64,000 bases of DNA. It comes from an uncultured delta proteobacterium (GTDB lineage: Bacteria > Desulfobacterota > Binatia > UBA9968). Each line of letters opens with the position of its first letter. The stretch's first letter is position 1. A program made the position numbers and the translations under genes. The notes below the pieces were generated by a model that was given only the letters and a program-made list of their open reading frames with translations, ran no database searches and was not told the DNA's origin. Location of the stretch: assembly GCA_963804165.1 (NCBI GenBank), contig CAWDPO010000016.1, positions 114,284 to 178,283 on the forward strand, written 5' to 3'. Positions 44,869 through 55,067 of the stretch are shown piece by piece.

Positions 44869-45930
44869 ATGACAAAGAATTTCGGATGCGATCTCCGAAT
44901 TCTTGTTCCGACAATCGAAATCTAAAACCTGTGCTGAGCAACGTCGAAGTATCCAAAATCGAAAATGGCTGGGGCTTTCGCTCTCGTTGTCACGTTCGTT
45001 TTGGGGCTGCGGCTCAGGCGCAGCAGCCAGGAAAAATCTTCCGCATAGGTTTCCTGGATACAAGCACTGCTTCTGGTAGCGCGGTCCTCTTGGAGGCGTT
45101 CCGGCAAGAGCTGGCAAGCTTGGATGGATTGAGGGAAAGAATATCACCATCGAGTACCGGTTTGCCGAGCAAAAGCTGAGCGCCTGCCCGAGCTTGCGGC
45201 GGACTTGGTTCGTCTTAAGGTTGATCTGATTGTGGTCACAGGACGCCACGCGTTAGCGGCGAAGAAAGCAACCACTACCATCCCCATCGTGATGGCGAAC
45301 GCTGGGGACCCCGTGGGTGCAGGTCTGGTTGCCAGTCTGGCGCGGCCGGGAGGCAATGTCACCGGGCTTCTCGAGTTTAGCGCCCGAAGTAAACACGAAA
45401 AGGCTAGAGATACTCAAGGACGCGGTCCCCAAACTCGCCCGAGTTGGACTTCTGCGGCCGGCGGGAGGATCAGGAGACGTCCAACTGAAAGAGCTCAGGC
45501 CTGCGGCTCTGGCGCTAAAGCTAAAATTGGAGGAGATCGAGACTCAACCCGACCCCAAAGGTTTAGAGAGCGCCTTTCAAACCGCAAAGCAGAAGCAGGT
45601 CGGCGCGATTATGACGACCGCCGGTCCCGCTTTTTCGCCGAAAGAAAGCGGATCGTCGAGCTTGCCGGCAAATACCGATTGCCTGCTATTTACTTACAGA
45701 AGGAGTTTGTCGATGAGGGCGGTCTCATGTCCTACGGGGCGGACTACGATGACCTCTATCGGCGCGCGGCTGTTTACGTGGACAAGATCTTGAAAGGCGC
45801 CAAACCGGCTGATTTGCCGGTGCAGCAGGCGACGAAGTTTGAATTCATCATCAACCTTAAGGCGGCAAAACAAATCGGTCTGACAATTCCGGTCCGCGTG
45901 CTCGAGCGGGCGAATCAGGTGATCAAGTAG
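44869..45930 (+). CDS. ABC_sub_bind-type substrate-binding protein, copy e (frameshifted; close duplicate of b)
   Basis: AQAQQPGKIFRIGFLD ... PVRVLERANQVIK. Confidence 0.85.
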
Positions 45931-45980
45931 GCAGTGATCAGCGGTCAGAAGTCAGCGGTCAGCAGAACAGAAAAAAATTC

Positions 45981-46967
45981 ATGAATAGAAAAATTTTTGC
46001 CTTGCGCTATGCGCTTTGCTCTTTGCGCTTTGCCTTTCGTGCCGAGGCGCAGCAGCCAAAGAAACTCCCGCGGATCGGGCTTTCTAATCGGCAGTTCCGC
46101 TTCCTCCAATGCGGCTCGCATCGAGGCTTTCGCAAGGTCTACGCGAGCTTGGCTACGTGGAAGGTCAGAACATCTTCATGGAATACCGATATGCGGGAGG
46201 CAAGGCCGATGAGTATCCCAAGCTAGCTGCTGAGTTGGTCAGTCTCAAGGTAGACGTTATCGTCGTCAGGGGGTGGTAGTGGTTTGGCTCGTGCGGCGAA
46301 GGAAACCACCAAGACGATCCCCATCGTTATGACAGGCGGTAGCGATCCGGTTGGCGCCGGGCTTGTTGCCAGCCTAGCGCGGCCAGGTGGAAACATCACA
46401 GGGCTGACCGCTATAGCCGCAGAGTTAGCGGGCAAACGGCTGGAACTGCTAAAGGAGACCTTGCCCAGGCTCACCCGCGTCGGCGTGCTCTGGAATCCAA
46501 CGGACCAAGGTTCGGCCCAGGGCTTAAAAGAGATAGAAATCGCCGCTCCGACATTGGGGTTGGAGGTTCAATCGCTTCAGGTGCGGAGCCCCAGCAATTT
46601 CGAGAGTGCATTCAAAGCAGCCATTGCGGGCCAAGCTCGCGCTCTCCAAGTTCTGGGGAGTGGCCTCATCAATAGTCACCGGAACCGCATCATAGAGTTT
46701 GCGACCAAGAGCCGATTGCCAACGATGTTCGCGGACGCTGCGCTTGTCGAAGCCGGTGGGCTTATGTCGTACGGGCCGAACGCTCCTGACTTATATCGCC
46801 GCGCGGCCACTTATGTTGACAAGATCCTTAAAGGCGCCAAGCCCGCCGACCTGCCGGTGGAGCAGCCGAAAAAGTTCGACTTCGTCATCAATCTGAAAGC
46901 AGCGAAGCAGATCGGCCTGACGATTCCGCCGAATGTGCTGGCGCGGGCGGATCGGGTAATCAAGTGA
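45981..46967 (+). CDS. ABC_sub_bind-type substrate-binding protein, copy f (5' frameshifts)
   Basis: [13 protein letters not shown] ... [20 protein letters not shown] ... [13 protein letters not shown]. Confidence 0.87.
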
Positions 46968-47019
46968 AACAATTTTGGATTGCCGATTTTGGATTTTGGA
47001 TTGAAGGAGAGAAAAGCGC

Positions 47020-48077
47020 ATGAATGAAAAGTCTTGGCTCCCAGTTGTAAATTCTTGTCTCATAATCCAAAGTCTAAAATCCAAAATCGAAAATGGTGGG
47101 GATTATCGCTGTCTTTTCGCATTCGTAATGTGTGGGCGTTGCGGTCGAGGCGCAGCAGCCGAAGAAAGTCCCGCGCATAGGGTACCTTTCGTCGGTCGAT
47201 GCAGCTCTGAGTCCGCTCGCGCTGAGGGAATTCGGCGGGCTCTGCGCGAGCTTGGCTACATAGAAGGACAGAATATCGACTATCGAGTACCGATATGCCG
47301 AGGGAAAGACCGATCGGGCTTCCGAGCTTGCGGCCGAGTTGGTGCGTCTCAAGGTCGATATCATCGTCGTAGCAGGGGGGATCCATTGGATCCAGAGCGG
47401 CAAAGAATGCGACCAAGACGATTCCTATAATCATGGTGGGTGCCGGGAACGACCCTGTCGAGGCAGGCCTAGTTGAGAGCCTTGCCCGGCCGGGCGGCAA
47501 CGTTACCGGTATGACAAATCTCGGCGCAAAAATAGGCGGAAAGAGGCTGGAGCTCTAAAAGAAGCCGTTCCCAAAATTGCCCGTGTCGCGGTTATTTACG
47601 AGCCGGCCACTCCAGCCAATGTAGTCGAGGTCAAAGAGGACCTTCCAAACGCGGCGCTCGCGCTGAAGTTGGCTGTCCAAGCTTGGGAGGTACGAACTGC
47701 GGACGATTTCGAGAAGGTATTTGCTGCGCTAAACAAGGAGCGCCCGGATGGACTCTACGTGGCGGGGAGCCCGCTCCTAAATGCTAACCGAAAAACGCAT
47801 TGTGGCCTTTGCGTTAAAGAGCCGGTTACCGTCGATGTACGACAGCAGAGAAGCTGTAGATGGCGGTGGGCTCATGTCCTACGGGGCGGACCTCGCGGAC
47901 AGCTACCGTCGCGTCGCTACCTACGTGGACAAAATCCTGAAGGGAGCCAAGCCTGCCGATCTCCCGGTGGAGCAGCCGACGAAGTTTGAATTGGTCATCA
48001 ATCTCAAAGCCGCCAAGCAGATCGGCCTGACGATTCCGCCAAATGTGCTGGCGAGGGCGGATAAGGTGATCAAATAG
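47020..48077 (+). CDS. ABC_sub_bind-type substrate-binding protein, copy g (frameshifted)
   Basis: [62 protein letters not shown]. Confidence 0.85.
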
Positions 48078-48135
48078 CAGTGACCATGGAGCGAACAGTA
48101 AGGAGCAAAGAGCGGCAAGAACACAGGAGTAGATC

Positions 48136-49115
48136 ATGAGAAAAAATTCTTTGGTCTTACGCTTTGCGCCTTGCTCTTAGCGCTTTGCTTTCCCGCCGAG
48201 GCGCAGCAGCCAACGAAAGTCCCGCGGATAGGATATCTCGGTGGCGCCACTTGGCTACCGATCAGGCTCGCATCGAGGCATTCCGGCAGGGCCTGCGCGA
48301 GCTTGGGTACGTGGAGGGGAAGAACATCGTCATTGAGTGGCGATATGCAGAAGGAAAACTCGATCGCGAGCCCGCGCTCGCGGCGGAGCTAGTGCGTCTC
48401 AAGGTAGACGTGATCGTCACCGTGGGGTCGAATGCCACCCGTGCCGCCAAGGAAGCAACTGCTACGATTCCAATTGTGATGACGCAGGATCCCGATCCTA
48501 TTGGAAACGGGTTCGTCGCCAGCCTTGCGCGACCAGGCGGAAACATTACTGGATTATCAAACGTTAACCGGGAGCTAAGCGGAAAACGACTGGAGCTATT
48601 GAAGGAAGTCTTCCCAGGCTCTCCCGCGTGGCCGTCTTCGGGACTTCGACCAACCCGGGCACAGGCGCAAAATTTAAAAGAGACGGAACTCGCCGCAGGG
48701 GCGCTCAGAATCCAGCTTCAGTACCTCGACGTACTAGATCCAAAGGATATTGAGACTGCGTTCCGAGCGGCGAGCAAGGGGCGCGCTGAGGCAGTCCTCG
48801 TGCTAGGGGGCTCCGTACTCAATTCTCAGCGAGCACGGGTCGTCGAACTTGCGGCAAAGAGCCGGCTTCCGGCGATATACGGCATCCGAGAATCTGTGGA
48901 AGCCGGGGGCTTATGAGCTACGGCCCGAGCGGTAACGACTTGACCGGCGCGCCGCAACGTATGTCGACAAGATTTTGAAAGGCGCCAAGCCCGCTGAGCT
49001 GCCAGTCGAGCAGCCGACGAAGTTCGAGTTCATCATCAATCTGAAAGCGGCGAAGCAGATCGGCCTGACGATCCCGCCGAATGTGCTGGCGCGGGCGGAT
49101 AGGGTGATCAAATGA
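48136..49115 (+). CDS. ABC_sub_bind-type substrate-binding protein, copy h (frameshifted)
   Basis: AGGAG RBS; [15 protein letters not shown]; same clade as a and c. Confidence 0.86.
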
Positions 49116-49157
49116 CAGTTGACCAGTTGCCAGTGATCAGTTACCAGTGAGAAACAG

Positions 49158-50167
49158 GTGAGAAAAGACTCATAGAATTCAAAATCTCTTTGTCTGGTTA
49201 GCTGATAACTGTCTTGCTGATAACTTGCTTTGTTTCCGCCGAAGCGCAGCAGCCGAAGAAAGTCACGCGGATAGGGTATCTAACGCCGTTGAACCCAGCT
49301 ACCGAATCCACCCGTTCCGAGGCAATTCGGCTGGCTCTGCGCGAGCTTGGCTACATAGAAGGACAGAACATCGCCATCGAGTACCGATATGCGGAGGGGA
49401 AGCGCGATCGGCTCCCTGAGCTTGCGGCCGAGCTGGTGCGTCTCAAGGTTGATATCATCGTGGTAGCAGGAGGGGACGGTCCGATCCGGGCGGCCAAGAA
49501 TGCGACCAAGACGATTCCCATCGTTATGACGGGCACCGGGCCCGATCCTGTCGAGGCAGGCTTCGTTGAAAGCCTTGCCCGTCCCGGCGGCAACGTCACC
49601 GGCCTAACAAACCTTACCAGAGAACTAGGCGGGAAGCGGCTGGAGCTATTCAAAGAAGCCGTTCCCAAAATTGCCCGTGTCGCGGTTCTCTACGAACCGG
49701 CCAATCGGCCCAGTGTAATCGAGGTGAAAGAGGTTCTTCCAGTGGCGGCGCGTGCGCTTGGGTTAACTGTTCGGTCTTGGGAGGTACGAGCTGCGGACGG
49801 TTTCGATACGGTATTCGCTGCGTTGAATAAAGACCGCCCAGATGGACTCTACGTGACCGGGGGCTCGCTAATGGCTGCTAACGGAAAACGGATCGCGGGC
49901 TTTGCGTTAAAGAGCCGGTTGCCGTCGATGTACAGCGACAGAGAAGCTGTAGATGCTGGTGGGCTCATGTCCTATGGGGCGGACCTTGCGGACAGCTACC
50001 GGCGCGTCGCCACCTACGTGGACAAAATCCTGAAGGGCGCCAAGCCGGCCGACTGCCGGTGGAGCAGCCGACGAAGTTCGAGCTGGTGATCAATCTCAAA
50101 ACGGCGAAGCAGATCGGCGTGACGATCCCGCACAGTGCTGGGACGGGCGGATAAGGTGATTCAGTAA
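49158..50167 (+). CDS. ABC_sub_bind-type substrate-binding protein, copy i (frameshifts at both ends)
   Basis: [15 protein letters not shown] ... [13 protein letters not shown]; 291-aa core ORF 49214-50089. Confidence 0.88.
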
Positions 50168-50212
50168 GGCCCAAGGGGCAAGGAATATAAAAACTAACCA
50201 AGCCTAGATATC

Positions 50213-50557
50213 TCACAAGTTCAGAATGATGCGGATGCGGTTTTCCACTTCTTCCATCATAGGATTTGGCAAGGAGCCAATCTCTTGGCGGAAGGACTCG
50301 TTGGCCACAGCGATCACTTGGCCTAGAAGTAGATCGCTGTCGCGAGAAACTCCGCCTTGGCCCTTCTTGAGGCGAATCCGCAGAATTCCCGGATTTTCCA
50401 CCAGCCGGGTCGTCGTTGGAATGACGATAGTCGATGGGTACTCGGCCTCATTGACGAGATCGGATTGGAGCACCAGGCCAGGCCGAAGCTTTCCGGGTTT
50501 GGTTTTGATGCGCGGATTGAAGTCTATGATGTATAAGTGTCCCCTTTTGACGGGCAT
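50213..50557 (-). CDS. Type II toxin, PemK/MazF family endoribonuclease
   Basis: KRGHLYIIDFNP...KLRPGLVLQSD..N...TIVIPTTT...DSDLLLGQV. Confidence 0.9.
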   Translation of the reverse strand: MPVKRGHLYIIDFNPRIKTKPGKLRPGLVLQSDLVNEAEYPSTIVIPTTTRLVENPGILRIRLKKGQGGVSRDSDLLLGQVIAVANESFRQEIGSLPNPMMEEVENRIRIILNL

Positions 50558-50800
50558 TTACTCTTTCCCGTCCGCACGCGCGACACCGGCGTTGAAAAGC
50601 TCTCGGTTCTCCTCACGATCGGCCGCGCCGCAGCGATTCACAGAGTCCTGGATATCGCGCCGTAATTTTTCTTCCTGGCTTTTCTTTTCCAGAGTTCTTA
50701 GCGCGGTGCGGATCAGTGCCGATTTGCTTGCGATCCCCAGGTCTTTACGCAACCTTTCGATTTGCTCTTCTTCCTTTTTGGAAACGGCTATTGCTCCCAT
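50558..50800 (-). CDS. Putative antitoxin (ribbon-helix-helix/CopG-like)
   Basis: 80 aa with SKSALIRTAL helix, abutting the toxin; AGGAG RBS. Confidence 0.8.
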   Translation of the reverse strand: MGAIAVSKKEEEQIERLRKDLGIASKSALIRTALRTLEKKSQEEKLRRDIQDSVNRCGAADREENRELFNAGVARADGKE

Positions 50801-50831
50801 AATGCTCCTTGTTAGAAGACTTATTATGTTA

Positions 50832-50860
50832 TTTATAATTCAGCCCATGATTCAAGTCAA
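50832..50860 (-). promoter_or_regulatory. Sigma70 promoter of the TA operon, antisense to the array
   Basis: Minus strand TTGACT-N17-TATAAA. Confidence 0.7.
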
Positions 50861-50924
50861 ACTCATTAGCATCAGGCCGCGCGTTCTCGTCGTCGAGGCG
50901 GAATGGATTCCTCGTAGGCCACTC

Positions 50925-50986
50925 AAGCAGGTCGGTCTTACAATTCCAGTCCGCGTGCTGGAGCGGGCGAATCGTGTGATCAAGTG
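50925..50986 (+). pseudogene. Orphan 3'-end remnant of an array paralog
   Basis: Encodes KQVGLTIPVRVLERANRVIK, matching the b/e tails. Confidence 0.85.
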
Positions 50987-51034
50987 CAACGAGGGATGAG
51001 TGACGAGTGTCGAGTGGAAAGAGTAGAGAAAAAC

Positions 51035-51415
51035 ATGAAGAGAAAATTCACTGTCCTTACGCTTTGCGCCATGCTCTTTGCGCTTTGCGTGTCCGCGCAG
51101 GCGCAGCAGCCGAAGAAAGTTCCTCTGATAGGTTTTCTCGTTCCTGGTTCCTCTGCTAGTTACTCGGTCCGCATTGAGGCTTTTCGGCAAGGGCTGCGGG
51201 ATCTGGGGTATGTTGATGGCGAGAACATCATCATTGAGGGTCGATGGGCAGAAGGGTCGGCCGAACGCTTGTCCCATCTTATAGACGATCTGATCCTGCT
51301 CAAGTTAGACGTCCTGGTGGTCGGCTCGACGGGCGGTGCTCGGGCGGCGAAAAATGCCGGGGTTGCGACCCCTGTCGTCTTTGTCGCAGTGACTGATCCC
51401 ATAGGGTATGGATGA
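51035..51415 (+). pseudogene. ABC_sub_bind-type paralog k, truncated after about 125 aa
   Basis: [35 protein letters not shown]...VAVTDPIGYG*, cut where a heptamer leader begins. Confidence 0.85.
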
Positions 51416-51560
51416 TTGCGGATTTCGAATTTCGAATTTTGGATTGATGGGTACAACAATGGATCAAGTTTCGATTGACTCTTTCGCGATTGACTTTAAA
51501 TCCGCACTCCGCAATGTCAAATCCGCAATTCAATTGGGCGCCATGCCCTTTGCACTTTGC
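51415..51560 (+). repeat. Array-type leader module (ATTGCGG/ATTTCGA vs AATCCGC heptamer hairpin plus signal-peptide remnant)
   Basis: Direct repeat of 55030-55170. Confidence 0.8.
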
Positions 51561-51580
51561 TTTTCTGGCGAGGCTTCATC

Positions 51581-53890
51581 ATGACAACAGAGCACACCAC
51601 GACCGGACTTATTGGCGCGTCTATACTTCGCGTCGAGGACGCGCCCCTGATTACCGGCAAAGGATACTATACGGAGGACATCCGGCTACCTGGAATGCTC
51701 CACATGGCTTTTCTGCGTAGCCTCTACCCACATGCGAAAATAATTTCCATCGATACAAGCGCAGCGAAGGCAATGGCCGGAGTGATCGCCGTGGTGACCG
51801 GCGATGACCTCAGTGAGCGGTTGCATATCCCGGCTATTCCGATGGTGCCCGGCATGAAGATACCGCCCCATCCGCTGCTGGCGCGTGGCGCAGTCCACGC
51901 GGCCGGCACTCCCGTGGCGGCGGTGGTTGCTGAAAGCCGCGCCCTCGCCCAGGATGCGGCGAGCGCTATCATTGTGGAATACGAAGCGCTGCCGGCAGTG
52001 GTGAGTGCCGAAAAAGCGCTGGAGCCCGGCGCGCCACTCGCCCGCGAGGAGCTGGATAGCAACCTGTGCTACATCGCGACAAAAAAAGGCGGCGACGTCG
52101 ACAAAGCATTCGCCGAGGCCGAGCATATCATTCGCCTGCGTATCGCTAGCCCGAGGTTGGTAGCGATGGCAATGGAGCCGAGAGGCATCGTGGCCAAGCC
52201 GGAACCGACGGGAGATCTGACTGTTTGGCTCTCAACTCAGAGCCCGCACCGAGTGCGCGCGGATCTGGCCACCGCGATCGGTTTTCCTGAGCACAGGATC
52301 CGCGTCATCGCGCCTGATGTCGGTGGCGGGTTCGGCAGCAAAGGACTCCTCTACCAAGAAGACGCGCTGGCCAGCCACCTGGCGCTGAAGCTCGGCCGGC
52401 CCGTCCAGTGGATCTCCACGCGTAGCGAGGATTTCGTCACGACGAATCAAGGGCGCGACCAGGTGATGACGTCGGAGCTGGCCCTCAAGCGGGATGGCAC
52501 CATGCTCGGCTTGAAAGTGCGCGTGATCGGGAATCTGGGCGCTTACCTGAACTCCCTTTCCGCGATACCACCGCTGCGCATGATGGCGATGGCCCCGGGC
52601 TGCTACCAGATCCAAAACTGCTCCGTCGAGGTAGTCGCGGTTTTTACTAATACCATTCCCACCGGTCCGTATCGCGGCGCGGGGAGGCCGGAGTCGGTGC
52701 TCAACATCGAACGGTTGATCGACAAAGCGGCGCGCGAATTGGCCATGGACCGTCTGGAAATCAGGCGCAAAAATTTTATTCGCCCCGAGCAGTTCCCGTA
52801 CCGTACGGGGGTAAACGTCGAATACGATTCGGGAGACTATGAAAAGTCGCTCGCCGAAGCGCTGCGGTTATCCGACTACGAAAAACTTATTCGCGATCGG
52901 GACGAAGCGCGCGAACGCGGCGAGTTTGTCGGCGTCGGTCTCTCGACTTTCGCTGAGCCGAGTGGCGGCGCCGGCTTTGAGAGCGCAACGGTTCGGGTGG
53001 AGCGCAGCGGAGAAATTACGGTGCTCACCGGGTCCAGCTCCCACGGTCAGGGTCATGAGACCGTGTTTGCTCAGGTGGCGGCCGAGAGAATGCGCGTTTC
53101 CATGGATCACGTGGCGATTCGACACGGTGATACCCTGACGATTCAGGAGGGCGGCGGCACCTTTGGCAGTCGCAGCGCCATCATGGGCGGCGGAGCATTG
53201 GTGATGGCCATTGATCGGGTCATTGAAAAGGCTCGCCGTATTGCTGCGCATTTGATGGAGGCGGCAGCCGAGGACATCGTTCAAACGGATGGCGGCTTCG
53301 CGGTGGCTGGAGTGCCCGACAAAAAAGTTTCCTGGCGCCAAATTGCCGCCGCCGCGTACGGAATGAACCTTCCGCGCGGTATGGAGCCCGGTCTTCACGA
53401 GACCGCCTTCTTTGATCCAAGGCGCGAAGCCTGGGGCTTCGGTGCGCATGTGGCGGTGGTGAGAATCGATCGGGAAACCGGCACGCCGACGCTTGAAAAG
53501 CTCGTGCTGGTCGATGACTGCGGCGTCGTCATCAACCCGATGATTCTCAACGGGCAGATTCACGGCGGCGTAGCTCAGGGCCTCGGTGAAGCGCTTCGCG
53601 AACAGATGCTCTTTGGCGACGACGGCGCGGTTCTCACCGGCTCGTTGATGAATTACGCGGTGCCGCGCGCCGGAGACATGCCGCAGCTCACACTGGGCGA
53701 GACGGTGACGCCGAATCCGTTTAACCCATTGGGCGTCAAGGGCGTGGGCGAGGCGGGATGCAACGGGGCGCCGCCGGCGGTGGCCAACGCGGTCATGGAC
53801 GCGCTCGCTCCCCTCGGTATCGACCACATCGACATGCCCTACACCGCGCCCAAACTCTGGGCGGCGATACGGAAAGCCGAAGGACGCTGA
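51581..53890 (+). CDS. Xanthine dehydrogenase family molybdopterin-binding subunit (CoxL/CutL-like, not form I CODH)
   Basis: RVED..LITGKG.Y, DVGGGFGSK, PYRGAGRPE, HGQGHET, GTFGSRS, GQIHGGVAQGLG, KGVGEAG. Confidence 0.95.
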   Translation: MTTEHTTTGLIGASILRVEDAPLITGKGYYTEDIRLPGMLHMAFLRSLYPHAKIISIDTSAAKAMAGVIAVVTGDDLSERLHIPAIPMVPGMKIPPHPLLARGAVHAAGTPVAAVVAESRALAQDAASAIIVEYEALPAVVSAEKALEPGAPLAREELDSNLCYIATKKGGDVDKAFAEAEHIIRLRIASPRLVAMAMEPRGIVAKPEPTGDLTVWLSTQSPHRVRADLATAIGFPEHRIRVIAPDVGGGFGSKGLLYQEDALASHLALKLGRPVQWISTRSEDFVTTNQGRDQVMTSELALKRDGTMLGLKVRVIGNLGAYLNSLSAIPPLRMMAMAPGCYQIQNCSVEVVAVFTNTIPTGPYRGAGRPESVLNIERLIDKAARELAMDRLEIRRKNFIRPEQFPYRTGVNVEYDSGDYEKSLAEALRLSDYEKLIRDRDEARERGEFVGVGLSTFAEPSGGAGFESATVRVERSGEITVLTGSSSHGQGHETVFAQVAAERMRVSMDHVAIRHGDTLTIQEGGGTFGSRSAIMGGGALVMAIDRVIEKARRIAAHLMEAAAEDIVQTDGGFAVAGVPDKKVSWRQIAAAAYGMNLPRGMEPGLHETAFFDPRREAWGFGAHVAVVRIDRETGTPTLEKLVLVDDCGVVINPMILNGQIHGGVAQGLGEALREQMLFGDDGAVLTGSLMNYAVPRAGDMPQLTLGETVTPNPFNPLGVKGVGEAGCNGAPPAVANAVMDALAPLGIDHIDMPYTAPKLWAAIRKAEGR

Positions 53891-53975
53891 CGCATTGTTT
53901 CAATTTGCCTGTTTTGAGTCGCGCGTTGACCCAAAACTCGAAACTGCGAATTAGGAGAGGAGGAGTTAGGGAGCT

Positions 53976-54959
53976 ATGGCCAAGAACTTTACGATCTGTG
54001 TCGGCACGTTGGGCATGGGCCTGTGGCGTAGCGCCGACGGCGGCAAGAGCTGGGCGAGAGGCAAATTATGGAAAGGATACCAGGGTGGGAGATCTGTCTT
54101 TGGTCTCGCGGTGCATCCACAGGATCCCCGGATCATCTACGCGGGCGCAGACGATGGCATCTATCGAAGCGAAGACCGGGGCGCGACCTTCGAGCACATT
54201 GCATCGCCGCTGGACGCGTATAACGTCTGGCGCATTGCCATCGACCCGGTGGACCCCGATACAATGTTCGCCGGCACCGCTCTGCCGGCGCTCTTTCGCT
54301 CGCGCGACGGCGGTCTTCACTGGGAAAAACTCCCAGCGGAATTTGCCACCGATTGCATGAACGTAACGAAGCCGCGCGTTACCGCGCTTGTGGTCGACCC
54401 GTTGGACCACAATTTCGTCTGGGCGGGGGTCGAGGTCGATGGCGTGCGCGTGAGCCGGGATGGCGGCGACACATGGACGCGTCCTTCCGGCGGTCTCATG
54501 GACGAGCCTGACATCCACGATATCAAGATACTTCCGGGCAAACCGGGCGCAGCGGTAGTCACTATCCCCGACGAGATCTGCGTCAGCACCGATGGCGGCG
54601 CCAATTGGCAGGCATTCGGGGTGCGCGGACGCTTTCCCTTACCGTATTGCCGCAACGTGGTCTTCAAACTAGACGAGCCGAAAGTGATCCTGGCGGCCAT
54701 CGGCGATGACGCGCTGGGCGGCCTCGGCGCCCTACAGCGCTCCACTGACGGCGGCCATAGCTGGGAAACGCCGCTCCTTCCGATCACGCCAAATACACAT
54801 ATGGAGTGCTTCGCGACCCATCCCGCAGATCCCAATCTGATCCTCGCGTGCAGCCACTACGGCCAACTGTTCGCCAGCTCGGACGGCGGCGAATGGTGGG
54901 TCAAACTCCCCCGGGAGTTCACTGAGATCCGAGGCGCTTTGGCGTGGGTGCCCAACTAA
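53976..54959 (+). CDS. BNR/Asp-box beta-propeller protein (sialidase/YCF48-like fold), no signal peptide
   Basis: Repeated S-x-D-G-G-x-x-W boxes (SADGGKSW, SRDGGLHW, SRDGGDTW, STDGGANW, STDGGHSW, SSDGGEWW). Confidence 0.88.
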   Translation: MAKNFTICVGTLGMGLWRSADGGKSWARGKLWKGYQGGRSVFGLAVHPQDPRIIYAGADDGIYRSEDRGATFEHIASPLDAYNVWRIAIDPVDPDTMFAGTALPALFRSRDGGLHWEKLPAEFATDCMNVTKPRVTALVVDPLDHNFVWAGVEVDGVRVSRDGGDTWTRPSGGLMDEPDIHDIKILPGKPGAAVVTIPDEICVSTDGGANWQAFGVRGRFPLPYCRNVVFKLDEPKVILAAIGDDALGGLGALQRSTDGGHSWETPLLPITPNTHMECFATHPADPNLILACSHYGQLFASSDGGEWWVKLPREFTEIRGALAWVPN

Positions 54960-54961
54960 GG

Positions 54962-55016
54962 GTGGAGCGATAGGCGTGACGGTCCCGCCTAACGTGCTGG
55001 CGAGAGCGGGCGACAG
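54962..55016 (+). pseudogene. Orphan 3'-end remnant of an array paralog
   Basis: GTGGAGC joined to sequence encoding [13 protein letters not shown]. Confidence 0.8.
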
Positions 55017-55067
55017 AATGAAATTTTAGATTGCGGATTTCGAATTTCGGATTTAAGGCAAAAAACA

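Noticed and set aside
51581-53890. True aerobic CO dehydrogenase (coxL form I)
   Set aside because: Lacks the AYxCSFR motif and has no coxM or coxS neighbours.
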